This document shows, piece by piece, positions 40,255-52,616 of a DNA stretch of 64,000 nucleotides. Within the stretch, counting starts at the first letter, position 1. Each line of letters opens with the position of its first letter. The stretch comes from Mobula hypostoma (Eukaryota), in contig NC_086097.1 in the NCBI RefSeq assembly GCF_963921235.1, forward strand, positions 54,190,001 to 54,254,000, read 5' to 3'. The notes beneath the pieces are model-generated. The model saw only the letters and a program-made list of their open reading frames with translations, searched no databases and had not been told where the DNA came from. The translations under genes were made by a program, and so were the position numbers.

Positions 40255-42110
40255 CAAGTTGAGTTGAGTATAGTGTCATGTGTATAAAATACATGAAACT
40301 GAAAAACTTTCAGCAGCATCACAGGCACACACAGATAACACACAGAATATAAAGCATTAATTATTATCCAAGACATTGAAGAGAGCGAGAAAAAGAATAT
40401 CGTACATAAAAAGCTTAGTGCAAAAAAAGGACACCATCAAAGACAGGGCCATAATGGTGCAAAAGGTGTTCCATACTGTTCTGTTGCTTGAAATTGGATT
40501 AGGGCTGGTAGTTCCTGGTAGTTCAAGATTCTGACAGGACATAGAATATAGAACTTTACAGCACACTACAGTCCCTTTGACACATGTTGTTGTGCTGACT
40601 TTTTTGGCCTACTCTAAGATCAACCTAACCCTTCCCTCCATCTTAGCCCTACATTTTTCTATCATACATGTGCCTATCTAAGAGCTTCTTAAATGTCCCC
40701 AATGTATCTAGCTGTACCCACCACCCCTAGCAGGGAGTTCCATGCACTCAGCACTCTCTATAAAAAAAAATTACCCCTGACATTCCCACCCCCCACCATA
40801 CTTCAATTTCTTTATTTACCTTAAAATTATGCCATTTCCATCCTGGGAAAACGTCTCTGGTTGGCCCCTTGATCTATGCCTTTTTTATCATCTTGTAGAC
40901 CTCTGTCAAGTCACCTTTCATTCTTCTTCACTCCAAAGAGAAAAGCCCTAGTTTACTCAACCTATCCTCATAAAACATGCTGTCCAATCCAGGCAGCATC
41001 TGAGCAAATCTTCTCTGCGCCCCCTCTAAAGCTTCTACATCCTTCCTATGACCAAAACTGATCACATTATTCCAAGTGTGGTCTAAGCAGGATGAATGCA
41101 GAAAGTAACTCTTCCTGAAACTGGTGGTGTGGTGCTTGAGGCTTCCGTACTTCCTGCCTGATGGTAGCAGTGGGCTGACCCAGAAGGTGGGAATCCTTGA
41201 CAATAGAGGCCACCTTTCTGAGTTCCCCTTGCTAAAGCTTTCAATGCTCAGAAGAGTGGTGTTCATTACTTTCTGCAGCTTCTTATGATCCTGTGTTTTT
41301 GAATTGCCATACCAAGCCAGATATAGTCAGTCAGGTTGCTTTCAACAGTACATATGTAGAAGTTTGTTAAAGTATTTGATGTTGTGCCAAATCTCCTTAA
41401 GCTTCTAAGAAAGTAGAGGCACTGGGATTCCTTCTCCATGACTGCGTCAATGTGCTGTGCCCCAGAAGCTAATCAAAGATGCTAATGCCCAGGAATTTGA
41501 AGTTGCTTTTTCTCTCCAACTCTGAACCACCAATAAGAGCTGGCATGCGGTCTCCAACTTCCCCTTCTGGAGTTAGCAATTAGCTCCGTAGTCTTGTTGA
41601 CATTAAACTTGAGGTTGTTATTACAGCACCACTCAACAAGATGTTCTGTCCCACTCCTGCACACTGACCCATCACCACCTATAATTCAGCAAAGCTATTG
41701 GAACTGAGTTAGCCAGATAATCATGAGAGTAAAGGGAGCAGAGCACAGGGCTAAACATACAACCCTTAGGTTCACCCCTGTGCTGATGATCAGTAAAGAG
41801 CAGATTTGTTACCAATCCATACAGACCGAGATCTGCTGATGAGGAAGTTAAGGATTCGGTTGTAAAGGGAGATACAGAGGCCCAGGTCTTGGACCTTGGT
41901 GATAATTTTGGAGGGGATGATAGTGTTGAACACGAAGCTATAGTCAATGTATAGCAGCATGACATAACATATCCAGATGATCTAGAACAGAGTGGAGAGC
42001 CAGTAAAGTATCATTTGATGTTGACATACATGGCAATAAGTAAACTGAAGGGGATCCAGGTCACTTCTGAGGCAGCAGTTGATTGGTAAGATAACCTCTT
42101 GAAGCACTTT
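40255..42110 (-). mobile_element. Rex1-type LINE remnant with a nested CR1 3' fragment (about 40540-41090)
   Basis: Rex1 motifs LLPSGRKY and WCCNNNLKFNVNKTTELI; CR1 motif LEGAQRRFAQMLPGL..LGLFSLE. Confidence 0.75.
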
Positions 42111-44678
42111 ATGTTTGTTGAGCTTGCATTGATAAATGTGCATATAATAATATTCCTTTAGTATACTGCAGGGAAAGTTTGCACCTGCTATTGGGAACTC
42201 TCAGAATAGCAATGATTTAATAGTGGTGCATGACTGACAATTGTACACTTTGAAGAACCATACAGAGCAGCTTCCTGCCCAACAATGAGAACCTGATTTA
42301 GGCAAGGCCCTTTAATTTAATTGTTTACCAAAACACCTCAAGTCCCCATTCTCACAGATCACAATTCTAAGGCAATCCATTCCCCCACCGTCTAATCTGT
42401 CATGCTCCTCCCTCTCACTTCCAATCTCCAGACCCCAATTCACTCTCCACAGGCCTAATTGGAACTAACCCACTGAGCCAAGCCTCAACCTCCAAGACTC
42501 ATTCCCCAATGACTCAACCTCCTTCCAAGGCAGTGCCCAGAGAAAAGGATTTAACTGAAGGAAAGGAAAATGCCAGCTTAAATTCAGGGACAAAAGAACA
42601 TTAGCCAAGAGGGAGAGTAGATCTAAATTAAATGGCTGAAATGAAAGAATCAGATTAAGTTTGGCGGAAAGAGTTCCTTTGAGTTGACTTGAACTAAGGG
42701 AGGGCATGGAATATAGCAAGTCTATAGTTAAAGGCACAGAGAGGGAAGTGTGATCTGTTATGAAGGAAATTGCTAATAAGACACACCAGCATGAATATTA
42801 TATCAGTTTAAAGAAGAACACATAGTTTAATGGAAAGAGAGAGCTGAATGAAGTCAGGGCTGGTGGAAGCAGAAGATGAGTGGCCCTGTGTACCGAGAAG
42901 TAGAGACTGCAGATGAAGACCAAACTCAGTTGTAACTCCAGACAGCCACCAATCAAACCCTCACGACACCTTGTGAGCTGAGTAGAAGACCACTTTTGTG
43001 TCACTTTGACAAATTTATGAATAATATCATGAAAAGGTAAGTACATTTCTCAAAAGTCTAAGTCGAAGTGTCAAAAAAAAGACAATTTCTCTGCAAGAAA
43101 AGCCAGGAAAGCTTCAAAATTCCAACCATAACAAGATTACACAAGTGTCAGAATATTACCAACATGGGCAGCTCAAGTTACAATATCCCAGCTCAGGCAT
43201 GATACTAAAACCCAACCTAAATATTCACAGCTAATGTGAATCCAAGTCCAAGAAACCGGCACACATCACCGGGTGCTGTCAGGCTCATGATAGATTGCCA
43301 GTATCTACTTCTGTGTGCTGCAGTAATGCTGGGGGCACCTACCACCAACGTCATCCCAGCTAGCTTTCTTAGGTCCTATCTGTTCTTGTCAGACTCCTCG
43401 TGTTTCCAAGGTTGGCATGTAAGAGTTACGAGTTGCCCTCATTTAAATCCACAGAGGCAGCAAAACCAATTTATCATCATCTTGTTTCCAAACACCATCA
43501 GTTCTATCAAACAGGAGTATATGCCAGAATATTCCATTAAGATTTACTACTGGTATTCTAGTGCTTTGTTGAAACAGATGGCATTTAATCAGCAAATTAT
43601 GTGGGCAGTTCACCAATATTGCTCAGGAATGGAGGAGTGTTCAATTCATTTCTGCCTTATCTATTGACACAGCAAGTTGTGCGGTAATTATGCAGCATCA
43701 TTGAGTAAGCTTCTTGGCTTCATGGATCATGTCATCACAAGCAAATTTAGTAGTTCAGCATTTAACACAGCTGCAGAATGCACTCATTTCCTAACCAAGA
43801 AACAGATTCTACCAATTCCAGGGCTGTAATATCAACCTGGCTTCTGACCTTTAGATCTTTAATCACTTCAGATAAATAATGACCTTAGACTCACTGAAGC
43901 TGAAACTCCACAGGGGTTCTGCTGGCCTCCTGTCGTAACTTCAGACAGAGACCAATCAAACCTTCATGACATTTCAGCCCATTTACACAATTGACTGCAT
44001 GTGTTACATGGCCAAAATATGAACTTCTTTGTGGCATCTTGTTGTTCAACTGAAGACATCAATTCTTTGCAAGAGTACTGTTTCATAGTCATTGATCATC
44101 TTCCAGTACTGTGGCTGAGTTGCCAATAATTATTTGAGTGTCTTTGATGATGTATACAGCAGATGCAGTGGTTAATATCAGAGCACAGTCCTGTCCTCTG
44201 TAAGTGCATATACAATGGCATTGCAAATCGAGTAGAATCAGGAGTGTGGACATTTATTTCCTCTCTATCTACATCCTAGGTATTTAGGTGAACGGTGCAA
44301 CCTCTATATCTGAGATGTTGCAACCCAATGGCTGAAACTGGGATTCACAAATTCTGTGCCTTGACCAAGTGCAGTCAGGGTAGCTGGAATCTATTGTGGG
44401 CAAATAGGATTAGTGTCAATGTAAGCATGGACAACCTGGGAAAGGTGCCCATTTCTGTTCTGTATAAAACTATGACTCTGACTCTGTTTTGGTAGGAAAC
44501 ACTCAATGAAAGGGTAAAAAGACATCGATGACACTGAAAAGGTAAACCAAGATGTAGCAGTAAATTAAGGGAGTCTAAATGTGGAAAATAATAGAAGCAA
44601 GGGGTTGAGGAGTAAGGGATTGGATCAATAATTACAGAGTTCCCAGCTGCTCTGTCCAGCTAATACTCCTGTGAGGCT

Positions 44679-44852
44679 ACACACACAAAAAGTGCTGGTG
44701 AATGCAGCAGGCCAGGCAGCATCTATAGGAAGAGATACAGTCGATGTTTCGGGCTGAGACCCTTCGTCAGAACTAACTGAAAGAAGAGATAGTAAGAGAT
44801 TTGAAAGTGGGAGGGGTAATTTCCAGCATCTGCAGATTTCCTCGTGTTTGAG
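44679..44852. mobile_element. Penelope-derived short inverted insert
   Basis: Minus-strand pLTR with a hammerhead remnant, then a plus-strand tail ttccagcatctgcagatttcctcgtgtttg. Flanks ctcctgtgaggct and ctcctaagaggct (11/13 match). Confidence 0.8.
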
Positions 44853-44964
44853 CTCCTAAGAGGCTGATATGTCTGGTGCAGTTAAACAATAAACCCCAGA
44901 TGTTGCCTGTGGAGGCACAGATGCTTTACAGAGTACCCATGGAGTACAAATACCGCCATTTGAT

Positions 44965-45642
44965 TCAAGGTTCAAGATTCTTTATTGTCATTCTAACCGT
45001 ACATCAGCTCTGCGGGGCAGAATGAGACAGCGTTCCTCAGGGGCAGTGCAATCATAACATAACAAACGCAACACTAAATAATAAACGTAACAATAAATAG
45101 TAAAACACAACAGCCACATGTCAGTTAAATCAGCTATAAGTGTCCAGTGCAAGTTAAAAGTGTCCAAAGCAGAGTCAGGTGGAGCAGCTATTTAGCAGTC
45201 TGACTGTCTGTGGGAGGAAGCTGTTTAGTAGCCTTGTGGTTTTAGTTTTGATGCTCCTGTAACGTTTGCCTGATGGCAGAAGAACAAACAGTTCATGGAG
45301 AGGGTGTGAGGGGTCTTTAATGATGTACCGTGTCTTCTGGAGGCATCGACTCTGAAAGAGGTCTTGGACAGAAGGTAGGGAGACCCCAATAACCTTCTCT
45401 GCTCCCCTAACCACCCTCTGCAAGGCTTTTTTGTTGACAGCACTGCAGCTGGAGTACCAGGTTGTGATGCTAAAGGTCAGCACACTCTCAACCACGCCTC
45501 TGTAGAATGTAGTTAAGATGTTAGTGGGGAGTGATGCTTGTTTAAGCTTCCTCAGAAAGTGCAATCTCTGCCCGGCCCGTTTCACAATCCCAGTGGTGGT
45601 CCTGGACCAGGTGAGATTGTCCGAGATCTGCACCCCAAGGAA
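44965..45642 (-). mobile_element. Rex1/Babar LINE 3' fragment
   Basis: ORF 45175-45633: QRLHFLRKLK..VESVLTFSITTWY..LLPSGKRYRSI. Confidence 0.88.
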
Positions 45643-46146
45643 CAGAATGCAACAGAATGGAAAATGCTGTAATATTATATAACGAAGAAAAGATGCGTAT
45701 GTTACTTAGAAATCAGGCCGTATCTGTGGGAAGAAAGAAAGAGTTTATTAAGACTTCAGGTCAAGACTATTTATTTCTCTCCCTATCATTGCTATTTGGC
45801 CAGCTGAGTTTCTCTCACACAATTTTCATTTTTACTTCAGATTTTTATCAGCTACAGTGTATTGCTTTTCAATTACTGCCTTATTTTATGATTATTGTGC
45901 TCAATATCTTCTCATGTTCAACATCCTGGTTTTCTTCAAAACATAGTCTGACATCCCTTGCACTCAACACAATGTCATAAGGCACCCAATATCTAGTTAA
46001 CAGTATCTGGGTTCTGAGATCACCACAGAGTGCCCTGATCCTGTACTCCAGCTGTCATAATTGATCTTGCATCACCACATTACACTCTTCCATGTAAAAT
46101 CCATGCTGAATATGTACTACTCCATCCTGAAACCGAGGCTCTAAAT

Positions 46147-46226
46147 CAGGGGCTCCCAACCTTTTTTATGCCATGGAGCCTTATTATTAACCAGAGGGGC
46201 CATGAACCCCAGGCTGGGAACTCCTG
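46147..46226. mobile_element. 80-bp hAT-type MITE
   Basis: TIRs CAGGGGCTCCCAACC and GGCTGGGAACTCCTG. 8-bp TSD CTCTAAAT / CTCAAAAT (7/8 match). Confidence 0.75.
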
Positions 46227-48323
46227 CTCAAAATGAAACAGATATTTATCTTAAATTAAACAGGTAAGTTATGGTATCTTTGTCAATGTATAAAATCTAT
46301 CTAAATTTCCCTCTGCATCCAAACTTTAAACTCATTGGTCCCTTCTTAAACTGTGAAAACCCTGCAGTTTCAAAATTGCTGCTGAACTAGCACAAGTCAA
46401 CAAAACATTCTTCTGTCTTAAAAGTTGAACATTGGTCTTGAGTGAAGCAGGCTTCTCAGATAAATCCAGAGCAAACCTCTTTGAAGTTAAGTGAAAGGCC
46501 TCTTTTTTTGCCCTCTTTAAATATTAACTATATATGCAGCCTTTGACTATACTATCTGATGCAATGTGCAAAGTGAAAGCTTTGGTCTCCAACTCGATCA
46601 CAGAGACTTCCGTCAATGTTGCATCAGAACAAGACACAGGAGCTTAAAAAGGACGCAGGACCATTGGATAAGGCATGGAAACCCCACTGAGTCTGATCCA
46701 CTATTCAATTCGATCATGGTTGATCTTGGACACCAACTCAGCCATTTGTTTGATTCCCTTAGAAGACAAATTAAATCAACCTCAACATCCAATATATCCA
46801 ATGCTAGTCATCTGTACCCCTTTTGGATTAAAAAAAACCCAATTCACATTCCTCTGAGGGAAAAACATTTCTCCTCATTTCAGTCCTAAAACCCTCATTA
46901 TGAGAATAAGTGGCCATTTCTCCTCATTTCAGTTAATGTGGCCATAATTCTCAGTACAAGGGAATCAGTCCTTTGGTATCTATCCTATCGCCCCAGATCT
47001 TCTTATGTTTCAATGACATCACACCTCTTTCCTCTAAACACCAGCTGATAGGATTCATTCTACTTAATCTCTCCATATGAACACATTAGGAGCAGTGGTA
47101 CACTACTCAGCACCTGGAATCTTCTCTGCAACTCAATACTTTATGGCTGAACTGATTGTAACCTCAATTCTGCTAATCTTTCATCCCCTTGCTTATCAAA
47201 ACTCTGTCTGCCTTGGCTTTAAAATATTGTTTCCACTGTTCTTTGGGGAGAAGTGTTCCAAGCATTTTCAATGTTAAGAGAAAAGCTTCTGCCGCTTAAA
47301 CCAGTGATGCTTTAGTTTTAAACAGTGGCTCTCTGTTCTAGGTTACACAAAGAAACTTACTTTCCGCATCCTGTCATGACACATCCCAGAGTAATCCAGA
47401 AGAGATCTCAAAGGCCTGTAAAGTTGTAGCAAAATTTCATTACTTTTTCAGAAAACTGTATTCTCTTTCCTAATTGCTTGCTGCATTTGCTTATTAAGTT
47501 TTGTTTAACATACTCCCAGATCTATCTGACCACAAACACTTAATAGCTTTTCTCCACACAAAAGAAAATATTTTTTCTATTCCTCTCCTCAAAGTACGTG
47601 ACCTCACATTTACCCACATTCACACACTAATTGCTGCCTTCCTCCTGACTCAATCTGACCAAGTCTCTTGCAATGCTTTATGTTTCCTACTTATTTTCAA
47701 CATAGGACATCCAGCCAGAAGTCAGCAACAAGACAAATGTAAGTACCAGCGCACCTGTCATTATTTCACTGGACTTCATATGGAGCCTCATGACAGAGCC
47801 CAGACATGCTAGGAGTTCCCAGCATTATGCAGGCAATTCCAATTTTGTGACCCTACTTACCATAGCATAAGTAATCTATTCCAATGAATGGAGATTTCTG
47901 ACCTGGAAGTTAGGAACAAAAAGGGAGGTTCAGTTCAATGATATATTGCTTGAATTTTGTACTTGATTTTGATATTTTATTCATCATTAATTGGTGTTTT
48001 AATTGATTTTTAATATAATTTTTAAAACTGTAAGTAATTTTAGTTTTAATTATGTAGAATATTTTCACCTCCTAGCTTTGTCTGCTGTCAAAGACCAACA
48101 GTGCGTTCAAATGCCTGGCTGGATGATGTTCCAAAGTCGGAAGCCCAGTATGATTATTCCCACACCCATACATCATTCCCTGTTAGTATCAGAGTGGAGT
48201 CATGGTATGAGCCAATCCAGACAGCTGACCAAGTATAGCATCATTCAACCCATCGTGATCCCTTGAGCACTCTATTTCTACTTCCCATTAACCTCTATTA
48301 ACTCATCCGTATCTCCCTACATT

Positions 48324-48856
48324 GTACAATACTATTGAAAAGTCCTAGGCACATATAGTGTATGTAGCTAGGGTGCCTAAGATTTTTGCACAGTACTGTA
48401 TCTGTCAACGTGGAGCAGAGAGCACATTTGTAAATCTGGTGTGAGCAAAGGATGTTGGGAATGGTGAGGATGGACGGGAGGGGTGTGGGACAGGTGGCAG
48501 AGAAGGGGTTCCAGGGGCGGGAGGTGGTATGGGTGCAGACACACCCAGTACTGAGACTCCAGGCAAGGTCATTTGATTCCAAACAATTGGTTCATTGATC
48601 ATTACAGAATGTCTCTCTGGTGCTTCCTGCTCCCTCCCTCTCCCTCCCCCTTTTCCCAACCATGATCCCCTCTCCCTGTGCCCTTCCCACTCTCAGTCCA
48701 CAATAGAGACCCATATCAGAATCAAGTTTATCATCACTCACTTATGTCACAAAATTTGTTTTCTTTTTTTGTGGGCAGAGTATAGGGCAAAAAATAAAAT
48801 TACTACAGAACTGTGCAAAACTCATAGGCACCCTAGCTATATATATGCACACAGTA
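48324..48856. mobile_element. Composite repeat with two inverted tiny Tc1-type MITEs
   Basis: tagctagggtgcctaagatttttgcacagtactgta (about 48365-48400) is the near reverse complement of tacagaactgtgcaaaactcataggcaccctagcta (48804-48839). A Rex1-type tail lies at about 48715. Confidence 0.6.
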
Positions 48857-50438
48857 TTATAGCTCTATTTTATTGCACTATAGTCATAGTCATAGTCATA
48901 GTCATACTTCATTGATCTTGGGGGAAATTGGTTTTCGTTACAGTTGCACCATAAATAATAAATAGTACTAACACTAGCTTCCTTCAAAGCTGCAGTGATC
49001 TTTCAGATTGAAGGGAATTTGCAAGATGACCACTAGAGCATCCACAAACCCCTGGAATACAGAGCATCTGATCTAGGACACTTATCAACTTCTTGTCGCA
49101 TTAAATTTTCCCGAACTTTTGTTTGTAAATATTAATTCAAATCCCTTATTCACATTAAATAGTTATTTATGTCATTACTATTCTGCCTCCTGTTATGAAG
49201 ACAAGAATCAAAATTGTTTTTTTTTAAATCATCCCAGCCATTTCTTTAATCTCCACAATTGATTCTCCTGCCATTGCTTCTAAGGGGCTCACCATTCATC
49301 ACTTTCACCCCTTCTTCCTTTTGGAAAATTTTAGAAATTCTTACAACCAGTATTTACGTTTTCAAGTTTTGTCATACACAGGAATGGATCTAAAGTGCTT
49401 TAGGATCTCCTGTTGTCCTGGTATGTTCTTTCTTTGTTTTTCATACCTTAACGGTGCAAACAGAGGTATAACGTTAAGCTGTTAGAAGTCTGGCTGGTGC
49501 ACAAGAACATAGATGGTCAGGAAGTCACTCTGTGCACACCTGCTTGTGCAAGAAAATTAACTTGGCATCATTCAGGTTAATCCCACTGTTCAATGTGAAG
49601 CCACAATATCAAGTCCCCCTGCTGCACTATGTGCATACATTTAAAATGGCACTCTGTGACTCAGCTTGCATCCTTATTCAAGATATAATAAGATGTTAGC
49701 AGCTTGGATGTGCTGCTCACCAATTTGATATACAGTGAAATGCAGGCCCACCTTATTCTGGCAGACCATGCTGAAACAGTAACCTTTCCCTTATCTGTTG
49801 ACACACCCTCTAAAATCTTAAGATCGAAATCACTCTGGTATTTCCTGCCAAACAGCTTAAATGTTTTTACTGCTAGAAAGGCACCTTGTAATGCCAAGAA
49901 AGCAAACTTCCCACACGGTACTACTCACATAAAGACTTCCAAAGATGACACAGAAATTGGTGTTGATGCATATATTCCTAAAGCTATACCATCTTCTATC
50001 GTGCTGAAAAGATGAATATGCTGCCTTCAACCTTTAAGAGTTCTGATTGTATGCTCATTTGTGCAACCCTTGTTTTCCCCTCCCAATGATAATGCATTCC
50101 CACAGCTAGGCCTTATCCACGCCAGGAATTCATGAGTAGCTGGAGGCTGCCTTTGCAGAATATCACATGATTGCTCTGACGCAAAGTTGGTGAGTATTAA
50201 ATTTGTTGAACAGAGTTACGGTCACTTTACAATCAGAAAATGCTCTCTTGGTTGAGGATACATGAATCAGAAAAAGAATATTGAAGGAATGTCATAGGCA
50301 ATTGCTGTTGTGAATTGAAACAAAGGACAACAATGATAGAAAGAGATTGGAGACTAGAATTAAGATGACAAGCTCAATGCATTAGCAAATCACTTTTTAA
50401 AATTCAGAACAAATGGAAAGGTGACCTGGATTAGATAT

Positions 50439-50574
50439 CAGTCCTGATGAAGCATCTCGGCGCGAAACATCAACTGTTCACTCTTTTCCATAGATGCTGC
50501 CTGGCATGCTGAGTTCCTCCAGCACTTTGTGTGTGTTGCTTTGGATTTCCAGCATCTGCAGATTTTCTCCTGTT
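50439..50574 (+). mobile_element. 136-bp PLE-derived mini-element starting at the hammerhead
   Basis: Exact TSD TTAGATAT (50431-50438 and 50575-50582). Begins CAGTC-CTGATGA-A...GAAACATC-AACTG. Confidence 0.82.
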
Positions 50575-51259
50575 TTAGATATGTTGTTTTATTGGTGATG
50601 GTAACACAAACTAGCTTCCATTTTCTCTCTGGTTATAGAAAGGTGACAAAATAGCAAGAAACTAGTGAAAAGATGTCTCATACTGGGATAAGTTACAACA
50701 CCACCTCAGATCTCAATCACTGCTCTGTTATATAGGAAAATACTCCAATATACTCCGGCTTTCTTTCATTAAAAGCAATAAACGTGGAGCAGTTCAGTTA
50801 CCCCTCAAGCACACAGAATGTCCACCACACTCCAGTTAAAACCTGCTGCCATATTTAAGGCATTACCATATTTGAATGTTCCATGGCATCACAAAAGGAA
50901 AAAAATAAAATTGTACATTAGTGACTTTAGTACTGGTAGCTGTTTATGTCTGGTCCAATGACATATGACAGCATGAATAACTAGTCTAAAATCATACAGC
51001 TAGTGTAAAGACACTGTTCAAATCTCTGTTCTCTTTCACTTCATGTTCACGTGCTCAAGGTGAAAAACATTTTGTGCATAATGGAGTAAATCTTTTAGCT
51101 GCACTTGGAGAAAAAAGAATTTCAGTCCGATTGGATCCATTCAGGAATGCTAATATTAATCTATTATTTCTGCAGAATCATAGCTTAATAGCAGTGTGCA
51201 CCATAGGAGAATACATTAAGAACAAATTACAGCCTTTACTACTCAAAAATCAGTAAATG

Positions 51260-51897
51260 TCCCGACGCAGACTGGGAGATCGTTTCGCTGAACACCTACG
51301 CTCTGTCCGCCAGAGAAAGCAGGATCTCTCAGTGGCCACACATTTTAATTCCACGTCCCATTCCCGTTCTGATATGTCTATCCACGGCCTCCTCTACTGT
51401 AAAGATGAAGCCACACTCAGGTTGGAGGAACAACACCTTATATTCCGTCTGCGTAGCCTCCAACCTGATGGCATGAACATTGACTTCTCAAACTTCCGCT
51501 AATGCCCCACCTCCCCCTCGTACCCCATCCGTTATTTATTTATATACACACATTCTTTCTCTCTCTTTCCTTTTTCTCCCTCTGTCCCTCTGACTATACC
51601 CCTTGCCCATCCTCTGAGTTCCCCCCCACACCTTTTCTTTCTCCCTGGGCCTCCTGTCCCATGATCCTCTCATATCCCTTTTGCCAATCACCTGTCCAGC
51701 TCTTGGCTCCATCCCTCCCCCTCCTGTCTTCTCCTATCATTTTGGATCTCCCCCTCCCCCTCCCACTTTCAAACCTCTTACTAGCTCTTCTTTCAGTTAG
51801 TCCTGATGAAGGGTCTCGGCCCGAAACGTCGACGGTACCTCTTCCTAGAGATGCTGCCTGGCCTGCTGCGTTCACCAGCAACTTTGATGTGTGTTGT
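51260..51897 (+). mobile_element. Penelope-like element 3' fragment (GIY-YIG C-terminus and pLTR)
   Basis: RRLGDRFAEHLRSV..VATHFNS..EEQHLIFRL.SLQPDGMNIDF. Close relative of 38555-39100 and 63449-64000. Confidence 0.92.
51800..51833 (+). ncRNA. Minimal hammerhead ribozyme motif (best-preserved core and stem II)
   Basis: GTC-CTGATGA-A-GGGT-ctcg-GCCC-GAAACGTC-GAC. Predicted cleavage after C51830. Confidence 0.75.
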
Positions 51898-52547
51898 TAA
51901 ATGATGTGTTGAATGGATTCCTACTTTGAAAACATTTTTTCCTTAATAAGCCACTATTTCCATTTTGACTTTGGGTTATTTTATCATAAGTGATCAAAAT
52001 GATCAGTTATTTCAATACAGATATGAAATCTAATCATTAGAAATTTGGATTAACTTCATCATGAGATAACATTTGGAGAATTGAACAGCTCTATAATATG
52101 AATGTCAGTAATTTTAATCTGTCTTTTGTCATTTTAGATACCAATGGATCTACTGGTGATCATCAGCATCTCCTATTTTAGTACTCGGTTCACCACTTTT
52201 GCTCTTGAACTCATGAATATCATTAGTCAATCCCTGCGAAATATAAAACAGGATCATTTGAAATTCAAAACTGAACACCAACAAAATGGTTTACGTAGCA
52301 CTACCGATCCTGCAAAATGTCACAAGATACTTTACAGGAACAACAGCAATCAAAATTTAGGAAGCGAACACAAGGAAGGTATTGGAACAAAAAAACAAAT
52401 ATTTGATCAATGAAATAGGTTACAATAAGGAAAGAGAAATGGAGAAGTGGGGAGCTTTAGGAAGGGAACTCCAGATCTAATGGAGCAGCTGGTGGAAGTG
52501 TGACTGTGAGGGATACGTAAATTCAATCATTTGACAGCAACTACACT

Positions 52548-52616
52548 ATCAGAATCAGAAGCAGGGTCAGAATCAGGAACAGATTCAGAATCAGAATCAG
52601 AATCAGAATCAGAATC
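52548..52616. repeat. (ATCAGA)n microsatellite tail
   Basis: Directly visible hexamer array at the Rex1 3' end. Confidence 0.85.

Noticed and set aside
42940..43045. Strong plus-strand donor AAG|GTAAGT
   Set aside because: Weak acceptor and an unrecognisable peptide. Such donors occur by chance.
46866..46933. 19-bp direct repeat CATTTCTCCTCATTTCAGT
   Set aside because: A local duplication inside a decayed CR1 3' fragment, with no sign of function.
47706..47738. 33-nt plus-strand micro-exon candidate (TAG|...|GTAAGT)
   Set aside because: The pyrimidine tract appears to derive from an old antisense CR1, and there are no supporting neighbouring exons.
51502..51900. Recurrent ORFs 'MLVNAAGQAAS..' and '..PDEGSRPETST..' as a small protein family
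   Set aside because: They are translations of the non-coding PLE pLTR and ribozyme sequence. They recur because the repeat recurs.
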